Notes: a model not told the origin generated them from the letters alone. Numbered from the stretch's first letter, positions 48,916-59,348 are shown. The stretch: DNA of 64,000 nucleotides from Candidatus Forterrea multitransposorum CG_2015-17_Forterrea_25_41 (GCA_009392915.1 CP045477.1:1-64000), one strand, 5' to 3'. A program made the numbers and translations.

Positions 48916-49746
48916 ATGAATGAAATAATAAGTTATATAATAATTGGTATTTTACAAGGGGTAGTTGAATGGCTTCCTATAAGTTCTCAAGGAAACTTAA
49001 TGGTTTATTTATCAAATGTTTTAAATTTATCTTCTCAATTAAGTTTAAATTATTCTATTCTTTTACACATAGGTACTCTTTTAGCAGCTATTGTTTATTT
49101 TTATAAAGAAATTAAATCTCTTTTAACTGTTAAAAATATTTCTTTACTTTTTAAATATAATTTTAAATTATTAAAAATTAAAGAAAGTAATTTAGATAAA
49201 GATTTTTCTTACTTAAGATTTATTTTTATAACAGTTATTGTAACTCTTTTAATTTCAGGTCCAATTTATTTTTTAATAAGTGATGGAATAAATAATTTCA
49301 ATATACTTTTAATAAATTTAATTATTGGTCTATTATTATTTATTACTGGTTTTTTAATATTCTTTTCAAGAAAAATATTTTCAAAAAAACCTGTTCTTTC
49401 AATAAAAAATTCTTTTCTTTTAGGTTTATTTCAAGGTTTTTCAATACTTCCAGGGTTAAGTAGAAGTGGGCTTACAACTTCTTTACTTCTTTTTAGAGGT
49501 TTTAGTCCAGAGAAAGCTTTCAGAATTAGTTTTTTAGTTTCAATTCCAACTATTTTTATTGGAGAAATAGCACTTTTAGTTTTTAATGGTTTATTTTTCT
49601 CTCCATATATTTTAATTTCAATAGTTGTTTCTTTTATTGTTGGTTATTTTACAATTGATCTTTTGATTAAATTTGCAAAGAAAATTAATTTTTCATATTT
49701 TTGTTTTATTTTAGGATTTATATATATTCTAACTTATTTTATTTAA
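48916..49746 (+). CDS. uppP: Undecaprenyl-diphosphatase (UppP/BacA family)
   Basis: Conserved LSRSGLT motif, an N-terminal region with Glu and Ser (VVEWLPISSQG), and multiple transmembrane helices. Confidence 0.65.
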   Translation: MNEIISYIIIGILQGVVEWLPISSQGNLMVYLSNVLNLSSQLSLNYSILLHIGTLLAAIVYFYKEIKSLLTVKNISLLFKYNFKLLKIKESNLDKDFSYLRFIFITVIVTLLISGPIYFLISDGINNFNILLINLIIGLLLFITGFLIFFSRKIFSKKPVLSIKNSFLLGLFQGFSILPGLSRSGLTTSLLLFRGFSPEKAFRISFLVSIPTIFIGEIALLVFNGLFFSPYILISIVVSFIVGYFTIDLLIKFAKKINFSYFCFILGFIYILTYFI

Positions 49747-50320
49747 ATTCTAATAATATTCCTTTAATTCTTTCATATGTGATTTTAGGATCATTCAATC
49801 TTATTAGTAATTCATTTATGTGATTTTTATTATTTTTTAATTTTTTAATCAAAACATTTGTTATATTTTCTTTTTTAATTTTAGGTATTTTTTTTAAGAA
49901 TTTCGCAAAATTAATTATTATTTCTCTTGCTTCTTTTGAATTATAATTAAGAGAAACTAATGATATTATTTCTTTTGCTTTCTTAGAAGAAACTTCTTTA
50001 TTGATTAAAAACTTTAAATATATTTTTTTTTGTGCTGTAGTTAGTTTCTCTTCTTCGACAACTTTTCTTTTACTAACTTTTTTTAAGATTTCTTCTTCTT
50101 TTTTTAAACTGTTAAAAAACTGTTTTACACTAAACTTATTTTCTTCAATAGATTTTTTTATTCTTTCATAAATAATAGGATCTTTTTTAATGGTTTTTGT
50201 TAAAAGATTAATTTCGTTTATAGTTAAGTCTAGCCTATAAAGTTCAGGATATTTTTTATCCATTTTAACTAAAACTTCTTTTGTTCTTTTTAATGCTCTA
50301 TTATTTATATTTCTTGGCAT
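49739..50320 (-). CDS. Hypothetical protein
   Basis: 193-aa lysine-rich helical ORF. Confidence 0.25.
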   Translation of the reverse strand: MPRNINNRALKRTKEVLVKMDKKYPELYRLDLTINEINLLTKTIKKDPIIYERIKKSIEENKFSVKQFFNSLKKEEEILKKVSKRKVVEEEKLTTAQKKIYLKFLINKEVSSKKAKEIISLVSLNYNSKEAREIIINFAKFLKKIPKIKKENITNVLIKKLKNNKNHINELLIRLNDPKITYERIKGILLEFK

Positions 50321-50425
50321 GTTTAATCTTTCTTTTATTTATATTTATTTAGAAGATGTATATTCTTTTAAATGTATTCTATAATATATATATTATATAA
50401 AAATATTTCAAGGAGTGAATTAAAT

Positions 50426-50743
50426 ATGTCAGAAAATGTAACTGAATTAAATGATACTAATTTTAAAGAAACAATTACTGGAAAAGAAATTGTAGTTGTT
50501 GATTTTTGGGCTGCATGGTGTGGACCTTGTCAGATGTTTGCTTCAATTTTTGAAAATTTTGCAAAAGAAAATACTAATGTTTTTTGTGTAAAAGTTAATG
50601 TTGATGATTCTCCAAATATTTCTAAAGAATATCAAGTAATGTCAATTCCTACAATACTTTTTATAAAAAATGGAGAAGTTGTTAAAAAACAAGTAGGTGT
50701 ACTTTCTAAAGAAATTATTAAGCAAATTGTTAATGAATTATAA
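50426..50743 (+). CDS. trx: Thioredoxin
   Basis: WAAWCGPC active site. The start is placed at the internal ATG preceded by the RBS aaggagtga. Confidence 0.75.
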   Translation: MSENVTELNDTNFKETITGKEIVVVDFWAAWCGPCQMFASIFENFAKENTNVFCVKVNVDDSPNISKEYQVMSIPTILFIKNGEVVKKQVGVLSKEIIKQIVNEL

Positions 50744-50782
50744 AATTATTTTTTTTAAAAATTTAAAAGGAGTTTATCAAAA

Positions 50783-52288
50783 ATGAAACTAGAATTAAAA
50801 ATAAAAATATTAGATATTTATGCAAATTATCCAATAGTTATTATGCATCCAAGATCATCATTAAGTTTAGGTGCACAAAATTTAGATAGATTAGAAGTTA
50901 AAAATGAAAAAATTGATACAGCTTTTGTTTTAGACACTTCAAATTCTTATGTTACAGAAAATGAATTAGGTATTTTTAAAGATACAGCAAAAGATCTAAG
51001 TTTAAACAACGGAGATAAAGTAGTTGTAAAATTACAAACACCTCCTCTTGCAACTAAATATATAATGGATAAAATAAAAAATAAAACTTTAGAAAAAGAA
51101 GAAATTGATGAAATTGTAAAATCTATAGAAAACAATTCTTTATCAGAAGTTGAATTATCTGCTTTTGTAACTGGAGTTTTCATAAATGGTCTTAATTTAG
51201 AAGAAACTAAATTTTTATGTAATTCTTTAGTTGATATTGGAGATAGAATTGATTTTGGAGAAAACATTATTTTAGATAAACATTCTATTGGTGGAATTAA
51301 TGGTAGAGTTTCAATGATATTAACTCCAATTATTGCATCTTTAGGTTATAAAATTCCAAAAACAGCGTCTAGATCAATAACTTCTGCAGCAGGTACTGCT
51401 GATGCCATGGAAGTTTTAGCTCCTGTAAGCTTTGATGTTGAAGAAATTAAAGAAATTATAAATAAAGCAGGTGGAGTTGTTGCATGGGAAGGTAAATTTG
51501 ATCTTTGTCCTGTAGATAATAAATTAATTGATATTGAACATGCTTTAGGAATTAATCCAGAAGGAATAATGATTGCATCTATTCTTTCAAAGAAAAAAAG
51601 TATAGGTTCAACTCATCTTGTAATTGATATTCCTGTTGGAAGAGATGTTAAAGTTAAAAATAAAGAAGATGGAGAACGTCTTGCAAAGAAATTTATAACT
51701 ATTAGTGAATCTTTAGGTATTAAATCTAAGGTTGTTTTAACTGATGGTGATAAACCTTGTGGGGATTTCTTTGGTCCAGCTCTTGAAGCTAAAAATGTTT
51801 TAGAACTTTTAGAAGGTAAATATCAAGACTCTGTTTTAGAGAAAGCATGTCTTCTTGCAGGTGAACTTTTAGAGCTTGTTGGAAAATCAAAAAATGGAGA
51901 AGGTTATCTTCTTGCAAAAGAAATTGTAACTTCTGGAAAAGCTTTAGATAAATTTATTGAAATTATTAAAATTCAAGGTGGAAGTATTTTAAGATCAGAA
52001 GATGTTCCAAAAGCTAAGTTTATACAAAAGATTTATTCTTCACAAGCAGGGGATGTAAATAATTTTGATGTTTCAAAAATAACTCATTTAGCAAAACTTT
52101 TAGGTGCTCCAAAAGATATTGAAGCAGGTGTTGTTTTATTCTGTCAAGTAGGAGATTCTGTACAAGTAAATGATGCTATATTAGAGTTCCATGCAAATAC
52201 AGAAGAAAAAATATCAAGAGCTATTGAGTATTTAAAAGATAATAATCCTGTTATCTTTGATAAAATGGTTTTAGAAGAGTTTGAATAA
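50783..52288 (+). CDS. AMP phosphorylase (thymidine phosphorylase family, archaeal DeoA-like)
   Basis: 501 aa with an N-terminal extension and the pyrimidine-nucleoside phosphorylase core (SIGGINGRVSMILTPIIAS, TSAAGTADAMEVLA). Confidence 0.65.
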   Translation: MKLELKIKILDIYANYPIVIMHPRSSLSLGAQNLDRLEVKNEKIDTAFVLDTSNSYVTENELGIFKDTAKDLSLNNGDKVVVKLQTPPLATKYIMDKIKNKTLEKEEIDEIVKSIENNSLSEVELSAFVTGVFINGLNLEETKFLCNSLVDIGDRIDFGENIILDKHSIGGINGRVSMILTPIIASLGYKIPKTASRSITSAAGTADAMEVLAPVSFDVEEIKEIINKAGGVVAWEGKFDLCPVDNKLIDIEHALGINPEGIMIASILSKKKSIGSTHLVIDIPVGRDVKVKNKEDGERLAKKFITISESLGIKSKVVLTDGDKPCGDFFGPALEAKNVLELLEGKYQDSVLEKACLLAGELLELVGKSKNGEGYLLAKEIVTSGKALDKFIEIIKIQGGSILRSEDVPKAKFIQKIYSSQAGDVNNFDVSKITHLAKLLGAPKDIEAGVVLFCQVGDSVQVNDAILEFHANTEEKISRAIEYLKDNNPVIFDKMVLEEFE

Positions 52289-52304
52289 AACTCTTTTTCT
52301 TTTT

Positions 52305-53102
52305 TTATTTTTTAATTAAATTATATATTTTTTCAAATTCCTTTACAGATATTTGTTTTACTTTTTTAGTCTGTAATTTTTCTGGAATAAGTTTTATTTT
52401 ATCTAAAGAAATTATTTCTTTATTTTCAGAATTAGAATGTTTAAAGCTATTAACTATATCTTTATTTGGATATCTAAAAATATTTTTAATAAACTGATTA
52501 TAATTATCATCTACTTTTGTGTTCTTTTTTGGAATTATTGAAACTATTGAAGAATCAACTTTTGGTTTTGGAAAAAAAGATGCTTTTCTAATGTTTCTAA
52601 TATTTTTTATATCACTATGTGATTGTAAAAGTACACTGATTGAAACATAATTTGCAAAACCTTCATATGCAACTAATTTTTCTGCAAATTCTTTTTGTAC
52701 AACTAGACATGCTGGTTTAGTTGCTATTATCTTATCAATTATTTTTAAAGATATTGAATAAGGAATAAATCCAACAATTTTATCAAATTTAAGTTTAGAT
52801 AGATCTACTTCTAAAAAATCAGAATGGATTATTTCTAGATTTTTATCTGGATATTCTTTTTTTAAGATTTCAACCATTATTGGATCTTTTTCAATAGCAA
52901 TTACTTTTTTAAAAACTTTTAAAAGTTCTTTTGTTACAAATCCAAGTCCAGGCCCAATTTCTAGAACTGTTTCTTCTTTATTAGGTTTAATTGTTTCAAT
53001 TACTTTAGAAATAGAGTTTTTATCTATTATAAAATTTTGATCTAATTTATGGTTAGGTTTAAATCCATGAATAAGCATTAATCTATATATTTCTTTTTGC
53101 AT
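52305..53102 (-). CDS. ksgA: 16S rRNA dimethyladenosine transferase KsgA/Dim1
   Basis: LDQNFIIDKN and the SAM motif VLEIGPGLGFVT. Confidence 0.75.
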   Translation of the reverse strand: MQKEIYRLMLIHGFKPNHKLDQNFIIDKNSISKVIETIKPNKEETVLEIGPGLGFVTKELLKVFKKVIAIEKDPIMVEILKKEYPDKNLEIIHSDFLEVDLSKLKFDKIVGFIPYSISLKIIDKIIATKPACLVVQKEFAEKLVAYEGFANYVSISVLLQSHSDIKNIRNIRKASFFPKPKVDSSIVSIIPKKNTKVDDNYNQFIKNIFRYPNKDIVNSFKHSNSENKEIISLDKIKLIPEKLQTKKVKQISVKEFEKIYNLIKK

Positions 53103-53116
53103 AATAATTAATTTTT

Positions 53117-53638
53117 TTATTTTTTAATAAGATATGGCATTGTAAATAAATTATATTTAATTTCTTCGCCACCGATGATTTCATCAATAACCCTATTTAC
53201 AACAACCTTTACAGGATCTGGCATCATTTCTATTTCTCTAATGTCATCAAAAGAAGTGAATTTACCTTTTTTCTTAATATGTTCAATGATTGCCATTCTA
53301 TGTTTTACACCTATCATTGGTAAAAGATCAAGTTGATGTCTTCTAAGACCAATTGGTTTTGCATTATTGAAAAAATTTACAAATTTATCTGAGTGTTCAG
53401 TTACAATTGTTTCAATTGCTTTGTCAAGTTCTTTTTTTCCAACATTTGATAATCTATTATAATTTATTCTTCTTACAATTAAATTTTCTGTGGAAATTTT
53501 TTCTTGAATCTTATGATTTTCTGAAGTAACAATTTCAAGTAAAGAAAAGTTAGAGCTACCAATACAGTGAATAACATCTGTTTGTTTAAATTTAATATCT
53601 TTCTTTAGTCTATCTAAAACTATTGCTTCTTTCATCAT
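53117..53638 (-). CDS. DUF655-family putative RNA-binding protein
   Basis: Its position in the conserved archaeal L21e–RpoF–DUF655–KsgA cluster, and its size. Confidence 0.5.
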   Translation of the reverse strand: MMKEAIVLDRLKKDIKFKQTDVIHCIGSSNFSLLEIVTSENHKIQEKISTENLIVRRINYNRLSNVGKKELDKAIETIVTEHSDKFVNFFNNAKPIGLRRHQLDLLPMIGVKHRMAIIEHIKKKGKFTSFDDIREIEMMPDPVKVVVNRVIDEIIGGEEIKYNLFTMPYLIKK

Positions 53639-53647
53639 AAAATTTAA

Positions 53648-53971
53648 TCACTCTTTTTTGTATTTCTTTAAAATTTCTATGATTTTTTCTTTTTTATCAT
53701 CATCAATATCTTTTTCTTTTTCTAATATTAAGTTTAATTCTGTAACATTAGGCAAGATATCAGTTATTTTTGTTGCAAGTTCATCAGATAATTCTATTTC
53801 AATTAAAGCTGATTTTAACTTTTCTGCTGTTGCAGGAGTTAAACTTGCAAATAACTTTGCATGCTCGTGTGCATGTTTTTGTTCGAAATTTAATTCTTTT
53901 TCTTTTGCTTTTTCAGTTAATACTTTCTTAACTTCATTTAATGTTACGTCTTCAACATATTTATAATTCAT
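53648..53971 (-). CDS. rpoF: RNA polymerase subunit F (Rpo4/Rpb4-like)
   Basis: 107-aa helical protein between L21e and DUF655, matching the conserved cluster. Confidence 0.5.
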   Translation of the reverse strand: MNYKYVEDVTLNEVKKVLTEKAKEKELNFEQKHAHEHAKLFASLTPATAEKLKSALIEIELSDELATKITDILPNVTELNLILEKEKDIDDDKKEKIIEILKKYKKE

Positions 53972-54288
53972 TTTTTCACCTTTTTAACTTTAGGTATTTG
54001 TTTTATAGGTTTTAAATGAACTCTTTCAGTTATAACTTTCTTTTTTAAATTTCCATCATAAATTTCCATAACTGGGGCTTTTCCTTGGAAAGAAACTAAT
54101 TTACCTGTTTTTCCTTGCATTCTTTTATGAGGAAGTCCTTGATGTTTAGAACTGTTAATGTTTATTTGGTATGTTCCACCAATTTCAACTGGTTTTAGTA
54201 CTTCATTAACTGTTGTTTTTGCTCTAACATTTCTTTTCATTAAACTTCTTGTTTTTGCTCTTTTTCCGTGTGCTTTTTTTCCTGACAT
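53968..54288 (-). CDS. rpl21e: Ribosomal protein L21e
   Basis: MSGKKAHGKRAKTRSLMKR ... HQGLPHKRMQGKTGK, the L21e signature. Confidence 0.8.
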   Translation of the reverse strand: MSGKKAHGKRAKTRSLMKRNVRAKTTVNEVLKPVEIGGTYQININSSKHQGLPHKRMQGKTGKLVSFQGKAPVMEIYDGNLKKKVITERVHLKPIKQIPKVKKVKK

Positions 54289-54527
54289 ATTTAATTACCT
54301 TTTTTTATATTTTTTAAGACTTTGAAAAATTAAGTCACTAGACTAATAAATATCAAAATCTATTAATTATTCAATATATATTAATAGAATAGATATGTTT
54401 TAAAAGAGATTCTTAGGGGAAGAGGGTTTTGAAAATTCATTTTATTTATATTCCTTTAAATACCCCTTTATAAATATTTTGCTTTATAATATATCTAAAG
54501 TGCATATATAAAAATAGGTGATTTCTT

Positions 54528-55136
54528 ATGTCTTATAAAATACAAAATTTAGTTGCATCTTCTAATCTTGAAACTACATTAGATCTTTATAATCTTGCAG
54601 CTGCAATACCTGATGTTGAATACGAACCAGAACAATTTCCAGGAGCTATATTTAAACTTAAAGAACCAAAAGTAACTTTACTTTTATTTAAGAATGGAAA
54701 ATTAATAATCTCTGGAGCTTCAAATGAAGATGATATTGTTGCAGGAATTAAAAAAGCAACAAAGTTAATTAATGAAATTCAAAAAGAAGTTAAAATTAAA
54801 AAATCAGTAAATTATACCATTGTTAATTTAGTTGCAACTTCAAATCTTAATAAACCAGTTGATTTATTCCAAGCTGCAGTAACTTTAGATGATATTGAAT
54901 ATGAACCAGAACAATTTCCTGGTGCAATAATTAGAATTCATAATCCAAAAATTACAATTCTTTTATTTAAGAATGGTAAAATGATTTGTGCTGGTGCAAA
55001 ATCAGAAGCAGATATTAAGAAAAGTATTACTGTTGTAAAGAAATTATTAAAAGACAACAATTCTGAAGGTGAAGAAAAGTTATCTTTTAAACCAGAAAAG
55101 AAAGCAATTGCAAAGAAATCAGTTAAAAAGAAATGA
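54528..55136 (+). CDS. tbp: TATA-box binding protein
   Basis: Two direct TBP repeats (NLVASSNLETTLDLYNLAAAIPDVEYEPEQFPGAIFK and NLVATSNLNKPVDLFQAAVTLDDIEYEPEQFPGAIIR). Confidence 0.85.
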   Translation: MSYKIQNLVASSNLETTLDLYNLAAAIPDVEYEPEQFPGAIFKLKEPKVTLLLFKNGKLIISGASNEDDIVAGIKKATKLINEIQKEVKIKKSVNYTIVNLVATSNLNKPVDLFQAAVTLDDIEYEPEQFPGAIIRIHNPKITILLFKNGKMICAGAKSEADIKKSITVVKKLLKDNNSEGEEKLSFKPEKKAIAKKSVKKK

Positions 55137-55211
55137 TTTCTTTTTTTCTTATTTTTTAATAAAATATTTAAAAAGAATCTATTTATAAACTTTGTGGTTC
55201 TTATTATTTAT

Positions 55212-55328
55212 GTTAGCGGCCATAGGGATGGAGAAACACCTGGACCCTTTCCGAACCCAGAAGTTAAGTCTATTGCCGTTTTAGTTCGCTGTTAGTTCAT
55301 GCTAGTAGCGTCTTTAAAGCTGCTAACA
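55212..55328 (+). rRNA. 5S rRNA (divergent, unlinked to 16S/23S)
   Basis: 5' gcggccatag...ccgaacccagaagttaag conserved 5S blocks. Terminal helix ttagcggc/gctgctaa with one G·U pair. The middle/3' part is AT-rich and atypical. Confidence 0.55.
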
Positions 55329-55537
55329 TTTAATATTTTCTATTTTATAAAAAAGAATTATTAAAAGCTATTTTTTTTAAAAATAATTTTTCTACAAGCA
55401 AAACTTATTTTTTTATAAATAATTTAGTTCTTGTTTAGATAAACTTAAATTAAATCTATTTTTTAAAATTAAATATCTTTTAATATATTTCCCTACACAT
55501 TTATTTATTATAATTATTTATTTAAGGGGAAAAATAT

Positions 55538-57490
55538 ATGATAGATACAAAAACAGAATCAAATGCATTTAATACTTTTTTTACAAAACATAAAAAAATT
55601 ATATTTATATTACTTATTTTTTTAATGGCTTTTGCTGTTAGGGGACATCTTTTAAAATATGACAATATGTTTGAATTTGATACATATTGGCACTTAAGAA
55701 TGACAGGTTATGTTCTTCAAGGAGATTTACCTGATTATGATCCATTAGGTTTCTATGCAGAAGGAGGAACTCCACTTTCAGATAGACCCTCTTTTGTATG
55801 GTATTTAACTTCATTTTTATATATTTTATTTACTCTCGGAGCTCCCTACAATAAAGCTTTACTTATGGAGTTTGCAAGGTTTTTGCCAGCAATCTTTGGT
55901 GCTTTAATCTCAGTTGCAATGTATTTTTTAGGTAAAGAAATTTATAATCGTAAAGCTGGATTTATAATGGCAATAGTTACAGCTACAATTCCTGCATTTG
56001 TTTATAGAACCATGGCTGGTTTTTATGAAGAAGATGCTTTAGGATTTTTATGGATGATTTTAGGTTTTATTTTCCTTGTTAAAGCAATAAAAAATATGCA
56101 TTCAAGAAAACAAAATATAAGATACTCTTTATTATCTGGTTTGTTTTTTGGACTTATGGCTTTTACTTGGTCTGCATTTATTTTGATACCTTTAATTATA
56201 GTTTCATTTTTAATTGCAAATTTAATATACATGGCTTATAAGAATTATTCAAATAAAGATATTGCTTTATTTTTAAAAACCATTGTAATTTCTTTTGTAA
56301 TTTTTGCAGCTTTAGCTTCAATTGCTCAACCTGGTTGGGTAAAGACTACAGGTAATTATGTAATTGATAATATACCTTTAAATAAAGAAAACATAGATAA
56401 ACTTTCAAATAATGTAACTTCAGAAACTGATGTTGTAAAAGCATCTGTTGGTGAGGAAAATACAGGAAAGCAATTTTTCTTATATAAGTATAGTTTCCTT
56501 TTATGGATTCCGTTTGTTGTACTTTTAATAATGCCACTTAATTTATTATTTTCAAAAAAGAAAGATAATTTAACTTTATTACTTTTCTTTTGGATTTTAA
56601 TAACTTTATTGATGGCTTGGTCAAAATTAAAGTTTACATTTTATTTTGGAATACCGATAGCTGTATCTGCTGGATTTTTAATTTATTTTATAAATGAATG
56701 GATTAATAAAAATTCTACAGTTTTAAGAAAAAGAGTGTTTGCAATATTTATTGGTTTAATATTATTAACATCTATTGCTGCAGGTACACATGAAGTTTAT
56801 TCTAAAGTTCCACATATTGTTGAAAAAACAGATTGGAGGGAATCAATCTTTTGGATTGCAGAAAATACGTCTCCTGATGCAAAAATATTTAACTGGTGGG
56901 ATTATGGTCACTGGATAACTTATTTTTCAGAAAGAAAGGCCAGTACTGATAATACTAATTCCAATATATCAGGTACTAGTGACTTTGGATTATTTATTTT
57001 AAGTCAAGATTTAAATTATACAGCAAATCTTATGAAAAAATATGATGCTGATTATTTTATAGCAGATAATGGTTATTTTAATAGATATGCTTCATTTGGA
57101 TCTTACGGTTTTATTACTACAAATTATCAAGACCCAAGAATTAAAAGTTATGTTTCATTTTCTTTAGATTGTTATCCTGGCTCTGTAGGTGATGGTAAAC
57201 TTGCATACAAATGTGGAGAAAATATATTTACAGAAGAAGAATTTAATTCATTTCCAACAGTCTGGAATGATAAACCAAAAGATGTAATGAATGGAGTTCC
57301 AATCTTTATGTATCGTTTAGAAGATAACTCTAAATTATTTATTTTAAATACATCTTCAAATAATTCTACATTTGCAAAAATATGGTTTAATGAAAATATT
57401 CATTCTCAATTATTTTCTTTAGCTTATGAAAATGGGGCTGTAAGAATCTATGAAGTTAATAAAGAAAAAGTGAACGAGTATGCAGAATAG
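55538..57490 (+). CDS. aglB: Oligosaccharyltransferase AglB (STT3 homologue)
   Basis: WWDYGHWI motif (NWWDYGHWITYF), a multi-spanning N-terminus, and a C-terminal periplasmic domain. 650 aa. Confidence 0.8.
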   Translation: MIDTKTESNAFNTFFTKHKKIIFILLIFLMAFAVRGHLLKYDNMFEFDTYWHLRMTGYVLQGDLPDYDPLGFYAEGGTPLSDRPSFVWYLTSFLYILFTLGAPYNKALLMEFARFLPAIFGALISVAMYFLGKEIYNRKAGFIMAIVTATIPAFVYRTMAGFYEEDALGFLWMILGFIFLVKAIKNMHSRKQNIRYSLLSGLFFGLMAFTWSAFILIPLIIVSFLIANLIYMAYKNYSNKDIALFLKTIVISFVIFAALASIAQPGWVKTTGNYVIDNIPLNKENIDKLSNNVTSETDVVKASVGEENTGKQFFLYKYSFLLWIPFVVLLIMPLNLLFSKKKDNLTLLLFFWILITLLMAWSKLKFTFYFGIPIAVSAGFLIYFINEWINKNSTVLRKRVFAIFIGLILLTSIAAGTHEVYSKVPHIVEKTDWRESIFWIAENTSPDAKIFNWWDYGHWITYFSERKASTDNTNSNISGTSDFGLFILSQDLNYTANLMKKYDADYFIADNGYFNRYASFGSYGFITTNYQDPRIKSYVSFSLDCYPGSVGDGKLAYKCGENIFTEEEFNSFPTVWNDKPKDVMNGVPIFMYRLEDNSKLFILNTSSNNSTFAKIWFNENIHSQLFSLAYENGAVRIYEVNKEKVNEYAE

Positions 57491-58508
57491 TGTTTTATTC
57501 TTTATATTTTTAGGTTTTTCTTTTTTCTTTTCTTTATTTTTATCTTTATTTTTAGTTCCAATGTTTATTAAAATTATTTCTAAGACTTCATATTTAGGAA
57601 AAGATATGAATAAATACAATAAAAATTTAGTTTGTGAACTTGGAGGAGTTCCAGTTTTTTTAAGTTTTATTTTTTCAATTTTTTTAATAATGTTATTAAA
57701 TTTTGTTTTAATTTCAATTTTTAGTTTTAATTTTTCAGTAATTGATTTCATTCAGTTTAGTTTAATTATTATTGCTTTATTTTCAATCTTTTTTGTAGGA
57801 TTTATTGATGATATTTTAGGTTGGAAAAAAGGAATTAGTCAAATTCAACATTTTATATATCCTTTAGTATTTTCAATTCCTTTAATCATATATGCTTTAA
57901 TTTATGAAATTACAACTCTTTATGTTCCTTTACTAGGTGTTTTTAATGTTGGCTTACTTTATGCATTTATTCTAGTTCCAATTGCATTTACTGCAACTAC
58001 AAATCTTTTAAATTTACTTGCTGGATTTAATGGTCTTGAAGCTGGTATGGGAATTATAGTTTTTTTAACAATTTCAATTTTTTCTATTTTTCAAGGAAAC
58101 ATTACTCTTGTAATTATTTTATTTGCATGGATTGGTGCACTTTTAGGTTTTTTAAAATTTAATAAATTTCCATCTAAAATGTTTCCAGGAGATATTATTA
58201 CTTTAATTAATGGATCTTTAGTTGGAATTTCTGCAATTGTTTTAGGTTTAGAATTATTAATTGCTTTTTTAATTGTTCTTTTTATAATTGAATTTATAAT
58301 TAAAGCAAAACACAAGTTTAAAACAGAATGTTTTGGATTAATTTCAAAATCTGGAATTATAAAACCAAATCCTAAGGGTGGTTCTTTAACTCATGTAGTT
58401 TTAAGCAAAGGAAGGTTTACTGAAAAGAAATTAGTTAATGTTTTTTATATTTTACAAGGAGTAATTTCTGCAATTTCATTAATTCTTTTCTTTATTGTGT
58501 ATATTTGA
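57480..58508 (+). CDS. Glycosyltransferase family 4 polyprenyl-phosphate sugar-1-phosphate transferase (MraY/WecA/AglH-like)
   Basis: Polytopic membrane protein with a FIDDILG (DDxxD-type) motif. Immediately downstream of aglB. Confidence 0.5.
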   Translation: MQNSVLFFIFLGFSFFFSLFLSLFLVPMFIKIISKTSYLGKDMNKYNKNLVCELGGVPVFLSFIFSIFLIMLLNFVLISIFSFNFSVIDFIQFSLIIIALFSIFFVGFIDDILGWKKGISQIQHFIYPLVFSIPLIIYALIYEITTLYVPLLGVFNVGLLYAFILVPIAFTATTNLLNLLAGFNGLEAGMGIIVFLTISIFSIFQGNITLVIILFAWIGALLGFLKFNKFPSKMFPGDIITLINGSLVGISAIVLGLELLIAFLIVLFIIEFIIKAKHKFKTECFGLISKSGIIKPNPKGGSLTHVVLSKGRFTEKKLVNVFYILQGVISAISLILFFIVYI

Positions 58509-58514
58509 TGTATT

Positions 58515-59348
58515 ATGAGGTTAATTTCTTTTAATAAATTTTTAATAATTTCAAGGCCTATTCTTTTCCCACTTATTTTTATTTGTTTATTGGTTGCTTT
58601 TTTTTATACTTTTAAATCTTTTAAATTTTTAAATTTAATTGATTTAATATTTATTTTATTATTAACTTTTTTAGTTCCTTTTTTTACATTTTCAATAAAT
58701 GACCTTGGAGATTATTATTCTGATAAAAAAAATGTTAGGAAAAAAAATATTCTTTTTGGTAAATTTCAAAAAGATTTATTATTTTTTAAAGATTCAATTT
58801 ATTTATACAATTTTTTAATATTTTTAATTTTATTTATTTATTCTTTAATATTTTATAATTTAGAAACAGTAATTATTTTGTTATTACTTTTATTTTTTAT
58901 TTATTTTTATTCTGCAAAACCAATTAGATTTAAAGAAATTTTTATTTTAGATTTTTTATCAAACGGAATAATTACATTGCTTTGTTTTGCTTTAATTTAT
59001 TCTTTTAAATATTCTTTTTTTGATTTACCATTAGGAATTTATTTAATTTCTTTGGCAATTTCTTCCTATCATTTAATTGCTGCTCAATTAGATTATTCTC
59101 CAGATAAACTTGCAAATCAAAAGACAACTATAATATTAATAAATAATAGACATATAATTTATTCATTAACTTTATTACTAAATGTACCTTTATTTTTAAT
59201 TTCTTTTAATTCTATTTTTAGATATTTAGTTTATTTAAATATAATAATAATCTTAACTTTATGGTTTTTTCCAAAGATAAATAAAAAAATAGTTTTTTGT
59301 GTATTTATTATTTTTTGGACTTTTATTTGTATTTTTTATTTTATTTAA
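58515..59348 (+). CDS. UbiA-family membrane prenyltransferase-like protein
   Basis: NDLGDYYSD (NDxxDxxxD) motif in a polytopic membrane protein. Confidence 0.4.
   Translation: MRLISFNKFLIISRPILFPLIFICLLVAFFYTFKSFKFLNLIDLIFILLLTFLVPFFTFSINDLGDYYSDKKNVRKKNILFGKFQKDLLFFKDSIYLYNFLIFLILFIYSLIFYNLETVIILLLLLFFIYFYSAKPIRFKEIFILDFLSNGIITLLCFALIYSFKYSFFDLPLGIYLISLAISSYHLIAAQLDYSPDKLANQKTTIILINNRHIIYSLTLLLNVPLFLISFNSIFRYLVYLNIIIILTLWFFPKINKKIVFCVFIIFWTFICIFYFI

Noticed and set aside
50372-50425. Longer thioredoxin start at 50372
   Set aside because: The internal ATG at 50426 is preceded by a good RBS (aaggagtga) and gives a standard-length thioredoxin. The upstream 18 codons look non-coding.
53658-53966. 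102-aa ORF on the + strand
   Set aside because: Entirely antisense to the conserved rpoF-like gene, with low-complexity translation; a spurious shadow ORF.
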